A model generated the notes under the pieces. It was not told where the DNA came from. It searched no databases and worked only from the letters and a program-made list of their open reading frames with translations. 64,000 nucleotides of DNA from contig CM035350.1 of the NCBI GenBank assembly GCA_020137815.1, positions 7,130,001-7,194,000 of the forward strand. Reading direction: 5' to 3'. The DNA comes from Hormiphora californensis. Its lineage: Eukaryota > Animalia > Ctenophora. The position numbers and the translations under genes are program-made. Below, one piece after another: positions 1 to 23,880 of the stretch. Within the stretch, counting starts at the first letter, position 1, and each line of letters begins with the position of its first letter.

Positions 1-1318
1 CGACATAGGTCACATAGCTGTTGAAGCAGAAGAGGAGTAGAACAGTGCTAACTGCTCCTCCGTACACACTCACCATCATAGCTGGCTTCCTGCCAAGGCA
101 ATCAGCCAGCCAAGTGGCAGCAAAGAACCCGGGGTAGCAGGCCAGGTTAGTGACAATAAGGAAGAGGTACTCCGCATCACTATACACGGTACAGCTCGTC
201 TCATCCTTCCGGGTGGTCTCAAAGAACATGCTGAGGGAGCAGTAGTTGCGGCTCATCAGCTCCGGAACCATCATGGTGATCCCGAAGAAGAGGAACATGT
301 TACAGAGGAAGTGTATGGACAGCTGGATACTACCCCAGGTGTGCGGGCTCGCCCACACATCAACCATTCCTCCACTCCGCTCCTCCCGAATGTAGAGATC
401 TCCCTTTAGTGGCTCTACCTTGTTCTCTTTATACATCTTGGCGATGACTCTCTGAGCGTCCTCCTTCTTGTTGTTGATCACCAGATACCGGGGTGACTCA
501 TCCAGGAAGTGCATGAAGATCAACATGATGATGATGGGAGCTACTGTGAACATCACCTGGTACCGCCATCCCTGGTGCCAGCCCATCACAAAGTAGGCCA
601 GGGCACACTCGAATATGGCACCAAACCCAAAGACGAGCTCAAAGAAGAACATGTTGATGGACCGGTATCGAATGGGTACCATCTCTTGGATGTACACGAT
701 AGAGCACCCGTAGTTGCCGCCGATACAGAAACCGGTTGTTGCTCGACAGATCAGAAAGATGACGTAGGATGGAGAGAGTGCCGATGCGATGGCCGAGATG
801 ATGAGGATGTAGGAATTGATGATGAGGACCCAATACCGACCAATCTTGTCAGCCATGTATCCCGACATCATGCTTCCAAAGGCGTAGAAGAGATACACGA
901 TGGCGGGGATAGTTGCCTTCTCGAAACTGGTGAGGTTCCACTCGCACTTTAGATTGTTAACGATAAGGGTGGCCAACCAGATCTCTGCTGCATCCGCAAA
1001 GGACATGATGGCTATCACAATTACTGCTTTGAGTTGGTAGTAACCAAAACCGGCCCTCTCAATCACATCATTCACATCGTATATTCCTGTGTTCTCATAC
1101 CCGTCCGGTGGGGGAGTGGAGGCTGGGCTCGGGTTTGGAGTGGCTGCTGGTGGTTTCTCAGGAGGATCATCTCGCACTGCTGCCTGGAGGAGGGTCGGCT
1201 GGTCCCTAGGACTCTTGTTGGATTTGTACTGCCGTGGTTTGAGACGTGTTTGCTCGGTTAGTCCGGACAGAAGGTCATCCCCGTCAGGTGGAGTCAGCCG
1301 GCGTTCCGGCTCTGCCAT
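1..1318 (-). CDS. MFS transporter, SV2/SVOP-like; runs off the window's left edge
   Basis: Hand translation from ATG at 1318: ...YDVNDVIERAGFGYYQLKAVIVIAIMSFADAAEIWLATLIVNNLKCEWNLTSFEKATIP...SGYMADKIGRYW (MFS motif A; N-terminus resembles SVOP). LDESPRYL and a WLADCLGRK second motif lie further on. No intron seen. Confidence 0.85.
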   Translation of the reverse strand, partial: MAEPERRLTPPDGDDLLSGLTEQTRLKPRQYKSNKSPRDQPTLLQAAVRDDPPEKPPAATPNPSPASTPPPDGYENTGIYDVNDVIERAGFGYYQLKAVIVIAIMSFADAAEIWLATLIVNNLKCEWNLTSFEKATIPAIVYLFYAFGSMMSGYMADKIGRYWVLIINSYILIISAIASALSPSYVIFLICRATTGFCIGGNYGCSIVYIQEMVPIRYRSINMFFFELVFGFGAIFECALAYFVMGWHQGWRYQVMFTVAPIIIMLIFMHFLDESPRYLVINNKKEDAQRVIAKMYKENKVEPLKGDLYIREERSGGMVDVWASPHTWGSIQLSIHFLCNMFLFFGITMMVPELMSRNYCSLSMFFETTRKDETSCTVYSDAEYLFLIVTNLACYPGFFAATWLADCLGRKPAMMVSVYGGAVSTVLLLFCFNSYVTYV

Positions 1319-4300
1319 CCTCCGGGGAAAACGCTAAAACGAGAGAGGTATATTAGGAGGAAATATATTAGGAGGAAATATCAATCAAGGGGTATATTAG
1401 GAGGAATAACAACGCTAAGCCTAAAACCAGAAGAGTGGGAAGTTTAGGATTAGGAAATACCAACACTAAATCAAGAAGGTTTAGGGGGAAATAACAACAA
1501 CAATAATTATCAAATAGAAGCTGTTTTACAGCTTAGGACAGTCATGAAACATCGTATTACACAACTCCAGAGCTGGCTGACCTGTTCTGTATCACTTGAT
1601 GGTATTGAATGTGGCACGCTGCAGCTATACACACACACTATAATGGGTGAGCGAATTGTAAGAGGATGCCCCCACCATCTTTACACACGTGGAGTGTGTG
1701 CAATTTGGGCAATTATCTTGGGGTAACCGGCCCCTTCACAAAAGATGCAGCCCCTTTGCTTCCCGGTGCAATTGCTAGTAGGTGTGGGGCCGATAATTAT
1801 CATGTCCAGATATCACGAAATAATGAAGGAGAGATAGTGTGGAAATCATCACGAAATAATGAATAGGAGAGAGCGGGGACCACATAATCGGTTCATTATA
1901 ATCGGGCAATTATAATTAACTAATTCGCTACTAAGAAGAGTGTGAGAGAAAGAGAGAGGAATTCACACTTAGCAGAAATCTTAGAATTTCAATAAACGAT
2001 CCAGTTAGAGAGATCGATCGTGCGGCCACACCTGCAGCACACACCTGCCATATAGCTCACACAGAGCTCACACTGCACATTCGGAGACTAATGAAGAAGA
2101 CTGCTGCCACTCAAAACAGTTTAAACGAGAGAGCAAAAGAGGTTAGAGAGTTCAGCTAGGAGACAGACCAACATGAAATGCGAAGAATAAGCACCAGGTA
2201 TCAATCGATGTGATCCCTTCCTGAAGAGTGAAGCATTAATTACTGGGACGATGTTACACACACTACACACACGTCCTGTTCCACATAGAATAGATCGTAT
2301 ACTAGAGCACAATGGCGTCAACGAGAGGGAGAGAGAGAGAGCAAAATATAGAGAGTGAGAGAGGGAAAGAGAGACAAAGAAAGTGTGTGTAAAAAGCAAA
2401 AAGACAATGCTTCAAGTTGTAGTTTTGTCATAAATCAACTACTCATGAGGTTTCAGGTTACCTAATACACATACACATGTTTTACAACCCTTCATCTGAC
2501 ACACGCGATGTAATGCTAATAATATAGAATATAATGCTGTGTGTCCACGCATACATCGATTCTGTCTGTTACAGCAGGATCTGCAGGATTCTATTGTCCT
2601 CAGATCATAAGGAAACTGGACAGCAACCCGCAGTGTCTGTATTTTGAACAATTGAATTTCAAAAGGTTATTGCTGTGCTGCTTGTAGTGGGAATACGGAC
2701 ATACGGTGTCTGAATAATACGGTATCTGACCAGCCTTGTCATGGGTTATAGACTCAGTAGAGTGACCGGTGAAGGAAATGGGAGGGTCTGGGAAAAAAGA
2801 GATAATGATGGTTTGGGAGATAATGACATGAGACTCTCATCAGTTAATTATAGTGAAATAAGATCATTTTACATTTTAATTGCCCATTCTCTCTCCTTTT
2901 GACGATTATCCAACCCTCCTGATCTTCCTGATCACGGTTTAATTGCCCGGTAATGGGTGGTCTACTGATCAGGTTCAAACGATAAACAATACCATAGTCA
3001 CAGAACAGAAAGAAAGGAGATATGGTTTCTGTATCAGAATGAAAGATGAATTATGAAATGGTCCCTGATCATAGAGGCCCAGAGGGAGAGAGAGAGAGAG
3101 GAAGACTATGGAGAAATGGCATTTCTCTGTTAGCAGACATTTGAGCTATCATTTGAGAAGACTAACGACACAAGACTCGGCCTATACCATTCTTATATAG
3201 CTGCCCTTCAGAACAGTCTTCATTGATATCATTTATCATTCTCTCTGTTCCTCTCTTTCTCGGGAGAGGTAAACCTATTTTGTTAAAAACATGGTACACG
3301 CAGTATTATTTCTCTCCAAGTTATCACACGCGATTAGGGTTGCAGAGAGATGGATTAGAAATTGTTCCTGCTCACTGTACCCTTTTATTGGGTAGGGACC
3401 GGCCCTTACACAGCAATACCCCCCTTGCTTGCCAGTGATATTCCATACACACCATTGTTGTGTGGCTTGTATTGTTAATACTATTACTACTACCTGAGAG
3501 AGAGAGAGAAATGAGAGGTCAGATGAGAGGTATGCCCCTCCCGACATGATCCTTTTAGTGAGTGCAGTCTAATTTGAAGAATCCATTTGTCATTAGATCT
3601 CTTTCAAAGATTTTCAAAGAATTTGTCCCCCACTCATCATATTATTATAGAGCCATGATCGCGTGACGCACATGCATTCATTATCTCCCAATTTCTTTAT
3701 CTGACCAATCTTTCAGAATCATCCTCCCCCATCAAGCAGCATCTTCATCCCTAATTTGGACCTTTTCAAGCGATGCAGCCTTACTTAAATCAATTCCGAG
3801 CTCTTTATATACCATGGCAGTTGAAAGCTTGTCAGTATTTTTTGAGTACCCCTTACCCAACAATGTCAGTCTGCATTGGTCTGTCTGGCGGCGCCGACCC
3901 AATCTGGGCGCACTGAGAATCAAAACGGGGTTTGGTGGCGCCAGACAGGTATTTTTAGGGTGAGGTTGGCTAATTCCAATGTGTATTGTATAGCCGTAAC
4001 ACTGTTACTAACAGCCGTGTGTGCCAGTAACGAATTGGGTATAATGAACTTATATTAATCTAGACACGCCCTGGTTGCCTTCTCAAAATACTGCCAGTAG
4101 TATTTGTTGAATAACAACTCAACAAGCCAGTATAACAACTGGATCATACGTTTTCAGTTACTTCTACTATCACATTTCGTTCTCGATTCGTTTTAACCCT
4201 ATTCTATGCGTAGTATGGAACGATACAATTCCGATCTTAGTTACAGATTCATCTCAAATTTCAAGTTTTAATATGAGTCCCAGCCGCTCAATACTCAACT

Positions 4301-4516
4301 AGAGATTGTTATTTTGCCAACCAGTTGGTCGCTAGTTTAAACTTTCCTCTGCTCTGTTACAACCCCCCCACCCGTCACCCTGGACGTTTCCAATTCCTCA
4401 GTGATGATCCTCACCCGACCTGCACCCCGTCCCCCTTCCCACAACCCCTCACCACCATCTCTTTCTGTTATAGTTAACCTCACACCACTCTCTCTTTCTG
4501 TTATAGTTGAGGGAAG

Positions 4517-15021
<10,505 letters not shown>

Positions 15022-15641
15022 GATTGTGTATGGGAAATTGTTTTTTATGAGATCAGATTTTGAAATGTTCTAAACTCCGTGAACCGAGCGTGTTTTTATT
15101 GCAGAATCTTAGAGAAATATGGACGCAACTAAGAATAAAACTGGCTGGGCGCCTCTGACCTGATCTAGACGCAACACATAGTCTGTGCCGCTAGACCGGA
15201 GTGGCCCGGGTCGTTGGCTGCCTTGCAGCCCCCCTCCGAAGAGGGGCGACTTGCCCAACGGCCAACCCGGGTCGCTGATCCAGGCTCAATGTTGCCATAG
15301 TAAGCAACAAATACTGCTGAAAAGTTGCACTTTCATTTAATGCAAAGCTGTGCGCGCACCAAATCCGCGCAATGTTGCTTAAAACTGTGACCACATTCAG
15401 GCACATCAATTTTACACACTTTTGGGAAAGTTGAAAAGTTTCTGATTTTCAACTTTCCAGGCTTTTATCCAAAAAAAACAAGGATTCTGTCAGATAAAAT
15501 ATTCAATCAGTTAAAACATTCAGTATTCTAATCAGTCAATGAATTAAGAATAAAGAAAATACAACACATTCAGTAAAATATGATACCATCTAATAATACC
15601 ACAGTCCACAGTCCCAAATTGTTCTAAAACCCATCTCTATT

Positions 15642-15791
15642 TTAATTTTGCAGCTCTACAACATTTCCAGAATTCCTGTAAAATTCCTTGTTAATGATGT
15701 TAATCCGAGCATGTTTCCTGTCAGTGGTTTCCAAAGGGGGTCGTCTCCCATACATGGCTGTAGTCGTAGTAGGTACACACTTGTTAGATAT
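15642..15791 (-). CDS. CFAP90-like alternative last exon C
   Basis: ccttgtttcag|ISNKCVPTTTTAMYGRRPPLETTDRKHARINIINKEFYRNSGNVVELQN*; phase 0, 150 nt. Confidence 0.75.
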   Translation of the reverse strand: MSNKCVPTTTTAMYGRRPPLETTDRKHARINIINKEFYRNSGNVVELQN

Positions 15792-15949
15792 CTGAAACAA
15801 GGGGGGAGTCATTTAAAATCATTCTCAAAACCCATGATACATTTTAGACCAACTCCAGAAAAGACAAGATATTTTGAGCAGGATTTAAACTGATAAACTG
15901 TGAAACAGAGAAGTGTATATTATTGTCTGATTTGAAGAAGTCTGAACAA

Positions 15950-16081
15950 TCAATGGTTGTTGTTGTCTCGATAGAAGTTTCGGGTTATTTGAACTCGAAC
16001 ATGATTCTTTAGCACGGGGTCTAGTGGGGGACGTTTTCCATAAACACTGGAACTCCGAATAAACACGTTCTTTCCTTCGTC
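15950..16081 (-). CDS. CFAP90-like alternative last exon B
   Basis: catctcccag|DEGKNVFIRSSSVYGKRPPLDPVLKNHVRVQITRNFYRDNNNH*; phase 0, 132 nt. Confidence 0.75.
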   Translation of the reverse strand, partial: DEGKNVFIRSSSVYGKRPPLDPVLKNHVRVQITRNFYRDNNNH

Positions 16082-16249
16082 CTGGGAGATGTACTAAACA
16101 CCGTCAAACACAGAACATTTTAACAAAGGTGATGTTATAGAGATGTGATTGGGGCTACACAGATATATATTGCAATATTCTAACACCTAAAGAGTTAGAG
16201 TAGTGTGAGAAGTCTTGCTGTCACACAAAGATGCATTCTGTTTCATCAC

Positions 16250-17200
16250 TGCGCTGGCAAGCGCAAAGGTGACCCCATCCATCCCCCGAAAAAAAAAATT
16301 CCCCCCAAAAACGGCCCGCTTGCTCACAGCGTATATATAGTTATTTCATACTTTTAGCCCATTTTGGCACTTTTTGACATGCCATAACTCCCGAACCGGA
16401 AGAGCTAGGAAGCTGAAATTTTGTACTTAGAAGCTTCTTGTAGACCTCTATCGATGGTAAAAATTTCAAGTGGCTTGCTCTTTTTGTTCAAAAGTTATAA
16501 CACCACCCCCAAAACAGAAAATTCAGTGTGGGGATAACTAGGTTGATACATATATACATACATACATAGATGTATAGACGCTTTGTTACCTTCCGTTTGG
16601 TCCCAGTTTGAGACGAACCAGACATCGTACGACCTTAAACCAAGCGGCATTCGACAGATAATTGTCTCGTGCATGTACCCATCTGGGTGGCGACTCTCCA
16701 TCTTACCTATGACGCGCGCAATGACGTCACGAGTGACGTCATTGCGCGAGGCCGACTAACTTTTTTCAAACGCCTCTAGCACCCTGAAGACGTGTTCCGA
16801 TTTCTGATTTGACGAAAAATCGTTACCGGCAAATCGTCTGAACTTTCAGATACTATATTGCGAATTTTCTTAGCTTATCATTTTGAGCCCTTAAATCGCG
16901 CCGGAAGTCAAAAATTTGACGAAAAATTCAGCAAATTGAACGTTTTTCCAGCAAAAACTCCCTTTCCTGACCACTTTGGTCAATGAAACTTTACAAGCTC
17001 CTCTGGGGTACTGATTCAAAAAATATCGTCATGCAATTACGTCGATACGACGTCACTAATTACGTCAAATGACGTCATTATGACGTCTAAAATACGATTT
17101 TCACAGAAATTCGTCTCGTTTCTCATATAACGCATCATTTCGACAATATTACATCATGAAATAATGTCATGCTGCGATTAGAAACCAAAAAGGGACCTAA
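16250..17200. mobile_element. Probable non-autonomous interspersed repeat, Helentron-associated/DINE-like texture; boundaries uncertain
   Basis: Motifs such as GCCATAACTCCCGAACCGGAAGAGCTAGGAAGCTGAAATTTTG and AAAATTTCAAG, short (TACA)n, many TGACGTCA; no ORF. Confidence 0.4.
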
Positions 17201-18670
<1,470 letters not shown>

Positions 18671-18786
18671 AAGGTATAGTTTAGTCTAAATGATGTAATG
18701 CTGCTCTCAAGTGCAGTGCTCCACTAGATTTAGAGGGATCATCATCCACCCCCCGCTGCACGTGACGTCATGTAGCGAACCTCCTT

Positions 18787-19835
18787 TTATCGACCTCTCA
18801 CTTCTGAACCGTGATCAAAGAATTCATTTGCAATCACGGCTCGCTTGGCATAGGTGTTAGCGACTCCCATCGTATCGATGGACTTTCTAGTTCCATAGAT
18901 ACTGTTTGTTCCTGATGGTCACCTGTTTGTCCTCGTCCTATAAATTAGGAATATGTAAAACCAGGTCCCAGGAACCGACCGACATAAGTAAACAACCAAT
19001 CAGAACTCGTTATTTAGGTCACGTGACTGGTTAATGGTTATCAACCAATCAGGATTCAGGGACCAGTATTTCCTGATTAGGTCAGTTCCTGTGTAAAACT
19101 GGGAAAAAGGGGGAAGTTGTAAAGTGCTAACCTCCTTGTGAAGGGTCATCCCAGCGTTATGTTGCCTGTCATCTCTGTGCAGTTTCGGGATTGAAAGATG
19201 TCTCAACTTTAAACGTCCTCTCGTAGAGTGACTCAACTGGTTTCTGTTCAAAGAGAGATTCTGTTACAGAAAGTGTTTCAGTGCCCCAATGCCCCAACTT
19301 GACTGTCTGGCACCGCCGGACCCCGTTTTTTCCCCTCGAAACGGTCGACGATGCACTCAGATCAGGTCAGCGTCGCCAGACTGCAACTTTAATCTTTATT
19401 TCCAGTACCAACATATCTCGTGTTTACCTTGTCTATATTATTTGGGTTATTAAAAACCTACCTGTTTGTAATTGTTGTAGTAACTGATATCTTTGGAAGC
19501 ATCGGGGCCGGGTGGTGGGGGACCGTTCTTGAAATATGTTTCCATGATTGTAGCATCCCCGTTTAAAATTTTATGACTGTTTTTTATCTGTTCCTCCCTC
19601 TGAAAACATTAATTAAATGACATCATTGCATCATAAATAATTGCATATATAATATGTCGACAGCTGACAGCTCATTGTATCATGTAGAATTACAAGAATT
19701 ACAAGGTAGGTGAATATCACCTAATTGTAACAGAAAAACACTCACTTTGATCTGTTCCACCCACTGAGCGCTCTGTTCTTGAGGATTGTAAATAGTTTTC
19801 CCGTAGGAGGACATGTTGCCTTCTGTGGAAGCCAT
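18787..19835 (-). CDS. CFAP90: CFAP90/C5orf49-like ciliary protein; exons 19835-19746, 19599-19462, 19243-19132, last exon A 18937-18787; two apparent +1 frameshifts
   Basis: GT-AG phase-0 joins give MASTEG...ASKDISYYNNYKQ|KPVESLYERTFKVETSFNP/KLHRDDRQHNAGMTLHKE|DEDKQVTIRN/NSIYGTRK...NEFF. The SLY...KLHRDDRxH...SVYGKR...FY pattern is as I recall it for C5orf49/CFAP90. Exons 3 and A are each 3n+1 long. Confidence 0.75.
18969..19091. mobile_element. Short MITE-like repeat in CFAP90 intron 3
   Basis: Termini CAGGAACCGACC ... GGTCAGTTCCTG; internal CCAATCAG and GGTCACGTGAC. Matches, from memory, an abundant Pleurobrachia repeat. Confidence 0.7.
19301..19385. mobile_element. Short inverted-repeat element in CFAP90 intron 2; related copy in opposite orientation at about 3881-3950
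   Basis: CTGTCTGGC...GCCAGAC termini; shared internal AAAACGGGGT..GG.GG.GCCAGACAG. Confidence 0.5.
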
Positions 19836-20824
19836 TTCGTTATGTCTGGGGTAATCTTAGTGACCAGTTTAATGCTTAAATGCTGCACAACAACTCGTTT
19901 TAGAAAGTAAAAAGGGAGAAAAGTCGTGCAAAAGAGCTTTACAGACTATGATTAGATACTTGCATGTCCTCTAGGATAACCCTCTTGTTTTATCCGCATT
20001 GTTGTTTGTTTGTTTGTTTGTTTGTTTGTTTGTATGTTTGTTTGAATTTGTATGGGAATGTCTCAAGAAGCTTATATAACTAAGTTCAAACAGCTCAAAC
20101 TGTAACAATTTAGTTGTTACATTCTAGACAGCGACCAGTAAAAAGAGTGCCCTCCAGGAGACGGGAGACCTAAGTCCTAACCGCTCATACTACAACATTA
20201 AGGTAATAATATCTGCATATTAAGCTCGTGATTGCCAGGGAATGGGTTGGCAAACGCTGCTGGCGGGATAAGTCAGCGCTTTTCAAGGGAATGTGATGCC
20301 TGAAGCTGCATGGATTCTTCTCCAAGCGGTTGGAAAACGCTGCAGCGTGGGATAAGACAGCGCTTTTTGATCCAAACCGGCAACTGCAAACGGCAAACGG
20401 GGAGTTTTTTGGCAAACGCCGCTGGCACAGCGTGGGATAAGGTAGGGTGCGATTATAATCGGGGTGCCTTGCAGCCTGTTTACAGGTACGCGCTACCAAA
20501 AGAGTACACTTAGACCGACTTTTTTCAAACGGCTATAGCCATGCAACCACATGGCCAATTTGAGTAAACTAAACGGTATCTGATAGAGAATCGATAGCCC
20601 TAACCGATAACCCCAAACCAAAACCTAACCAGACCCTAACAGATAGCCCCAACCCGTCACACGCGCAAAAACTACGAATTGTTAGCAATGAAAGGCACCC
20701 AGATTTTAACGTTTTCCCGTTTCCGATAAAGTCCTTTTTTTTCAACTGTTCACCCAAAAACTGAAATTTGATAAAAATTAGAATTTGGGTGGCGCGCGCT
20801 ATAGTCGGGGCGAATCTCAATTTT

Positions 20825-21772
20825 TTGACTCACTATTTGGTGAAAAGCAAATTCCGGTTGTAACCCACCTATTTTGACCCGCTGAACACGATCCCGTCCA
20901 TAGGTAAGCTCGCAAAAGTGAAGAAAATGCCCAAATCGGCCACGCCCTTTTACCTGTATTTTCAGCCTGTAGCCAAAAACATAAATCCTCTTAGAATAGG
21001 AGTAGAGACAAATCTGAGGGCACTAAAGTGATCAGCGCCCTCGCATTAGTGGGGGTAGGTGCTGGAATCAAGTCTCTATCTCATCTGGTTAATTAGATAA
21101 TTGGATAATTAGGTTTGTGCATAACCGTTTTTTGGCTATATGGCTATAGCCACTTAGGAATGGTTTAGAGACTTTTCACTGGCGCCATTTTGTAGGCAAT
21201 AGCCAAGTTATGGGGGGTCGACGTCGAACTTTTAAGCTCTATCTCCAACCGTTTAGCCGTTATTTGGCTTAAACGATGCTCAAAATCGGGCTTTTTACCG
21301 TTTTTCGCTCATTTTGAGCATCGTTTAAGCCAAATAACGGCTAAACGGTTGGAGATAGAGCTTAAAAGTTCGACGTCGACCCCCCATAACTTGGCTATTG
21401 CCTACAAAATGGCGCCAGTGAAAAGTCTCTAAACCATTCCTAAGTGGCTATAGCCATATAGCCAAAAAACGGTTATGCACAAACCTAATTATCCAATTAT
21501 CCAATTAACCAGATGAGATAGAGACTTGATTCCAGCACCTACCCCCACTAATGCGAGGGCGCTGATCACTTTAGTGCCCTCAGATTTGTCTCTACTCCTA
21601 TTCTAAGAGGATTTATGTTTTTGGCTACAGGCTGAAAATACAGGTAAAAGGGCGTGGCCGATTTGGGCATTTTCTTCACTTTTGCGAGCTTACCTATGGA
21701 CGGGATCGTGTTCAGCGGGTCAAAATAGGTGGGTTACAACCGGAATTTGCTTTTCACCAAATAGTGAGTCAA
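20825..21772. mobile_element. Foldback element: 462-bp near-perfect inverted arms (20825-21286 / 21311-21772) with a 24-bp spacer
   Basis: Arms are reverse complements with one mismatch seen; degenerate symmetry continues to about 20740/21875. Confidence 0.9.
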
Positions 21773-21904
21773 CCACTTCTTTTTGTGAGAGATTCGTCCC
21801 GACTACTACACGTTAACATGTGATAAACGTGCAAAACAATTCCGCGCACGACTTTGGGGGGTGAACAGTTGGAAAAAAATGGAGTAAAATGGAGTTTTAT
21901 AAGG

Positions 21905-22039
21905 TAAAGTGTAAGCGAAACAACAACGAACTGGCTGTGCGTCCCGCAACGTTGCGCATGTGAATCTCTCCGGTGAGATCGTTATGCGCAACGAATGCGC
22001 GACGCGCAGCCAGTTCGTTGTTGTTTCGCTTTCACTTTA
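21905..22039. mobile_element. Small hairpin MITE with about 40-bp inverted repeats
   Basis: TAAAGTGTAAGCGAAACAACAACGAACTGGCTG ... CAGCCAGTTCGTTGTTGTTTCGCTTTCACTTTA. Confidence 0.7.
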
Positions 22040-22350
22040 GCGCTTTTCAAGGGAATTTTTGAGTTGGCAAACGCTGCTGGCAGCGCTTTTCAAATTTTTG
22101 AGAAGAAAAAAAAAAGAAAACTGAAGCTTTTTTTAAAGTTTAGAATCTGCAATTGAACTGTGCAGCGCACTAATAAAAAACTGGCGTTGAAGAGTTGTTT
22201 ATTGTAACGCGCAATAAATGTAATAAGTACGATGCATCAAATTTTCCGAAAGTTTCGCTTTCACAACTTAAGTTTTCAAATTTCAACAAAATTCGTCTTT
22301 CAAGTCTTTTAGGCGTCATTTCCTTGTACTTTGAGTATGCCAAAACGCTA

Positions 22351-23379
22351 ATGTTTTATCGAAAACGTGGTTACATTATATTAGACTGTAATGCAACGTC
22401 AGTTGATCTCCAAGCAATCATATTTGCTCTAGAATTCTCCTCGGTTTTGTGCATCACTGTCTCCGGAACTGAAAGGGTCACTTTAGACAACGCCTACTGC
22501 CAAGTTCTGAGAACAACATCGCTCATTGGAAGATTTGATATACCAGTAATAAAACAAGGACGAGGAGGCCACCGTGCTGGACACCAAATCGCAAAAATAT
22601 GCGAACAGTTTCCCCATAAAGTTACGATAGTCTGTCTTGGACCATTGACAAACATAGCTGACGCATTAAACTGCAGCAATACCTTTCATAAGAAAGTTAA
22701 ACGGATTGTATTTGCCGCTGGCGGCTTTTCCGGTCGACAGTTTACATGTCATCACAACATAGAGGTCAGTCTGTGCAAGAAGTACAACTGTAACTTGTAA
22801 GATGATATCATTATCATGTACCTAGTATTGATAACAGTAGTGTTCCTTTCAGTCGGATTCACAGGCGTGTCGTTCAGTCTTTAGATCACCCCTTCCCATT
22901 GTTCTAATTCCGGAGGATTGTTTCATCCCTCTTATCCCATACCTGGCTATGAGGGAGGGAACATGTGGCCTGTTCACCCTTCTCTTCGATGCGAATGACG
23001 AGAAACTCTTATCTGCATCTCAGCAGGTAGGGCCGCGTGATGTTCCAATCACCTTACAATGTCATATTATCAAATTATGAATACATTTCTCTTGCAGGCG
23101 AATCCAGGACACGTTTGTCTGACCAAAGTTGCACTTGTTTTGGTTGCTTTGAATGCTGGGACAATTCTCAAACGAGACTTTATGAGTTTTGGGAGTGACA
23201 AAACAGCTACAACGACCGATTTGACGGAAGTAACAGAGAAGAGTGAGAATGTGACATGTTACACGGACAGTACACTAGGATTACGTGCCCGACCTGAGAA
23301 CGTTCTTGTCGTTCGGAGTATAGACCGGGCTGCAATACTAAAGTTCTACAGACATTTATACCTATCAGGCCTGTACTGA
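22351..23379 (+). CDS. Inosine-uridine nucleoside hydrolase-like protein, degenerate; exons about 22351-22764, 22853-23026, 23098-23379
   Basis: IILDC..., DIPVIKG-like segment, VTIVCLGPLTNIADAL, VKRIVFAAGG, NIESDSQAC, NVLVVRSID; GT-AG phase-0 introns. Confidence 0.75.
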
Positions 23380-23548
23380 TATCATTTGAGATGCATTTTT
23401 TGCAAACATTTCAACCATTTCCTTTTCTATGATGTACAATATGTTCTATGCTAAAAACGAGTTGTGTTGTGTGTGTAAGTGATGTAATGGGGGAGACTGA
23501 CGGTGCCGAACAAGCAATGCAAAACAAAATATTGTCAACAATTTGTCG

Positions 23549-23880
23549 TAGACACAAGCAAAGAGCACTATTGTCAGTATCATGCAGACACAAGCAAAGA
23601 GCACTATTGTCAGTATCATGCAGACACAAGCAAAGAGCACAATTGTCAGTATCATGCAGACACAAGCAAAGAGCACTATTGTCAGTATCATGCAGACACA
23701 AGCAAAGAGCACTATTGTCAGTATCATGCAGACACAAGCAAAGAGCACTATTGTCAGTATCATGCAGACACAAGCAAAGAGCACTATTGTCAGTATCATG
23801 CAGACACAAGCAAAGAGCACTATTGTCAGTATCATGCAGACACAAGCAAAGAGCACTATTGTCAGTATCATGCAGACACA
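23549..23880. repeat. 36-bp minisatellite, about 9 copies
   Basis: Unit AGACACAAGCAAAGAGCACTATTGTCAGTATCATGC; explains the overlapping repeat ORFs in the track. Confidence 0.95.

Noticed and set aside
509-1337. Plus-strand ORFs of 75-147 aa
   Set aside because: Antisense shadows of the MFS transporter.
3732-3923. Minus-strand ORF ending ...KAASLEKVQIRDEDAA with a possible acceptor
   Set aside because: No recognisable family and no upstream exons I could link; its 5' part overlaps a short repeat.
19000-19251. 83-aa ORF in the track
   Set aside because: Chimera of part of CFAP90 exon 3 with intron and MITE sequence.
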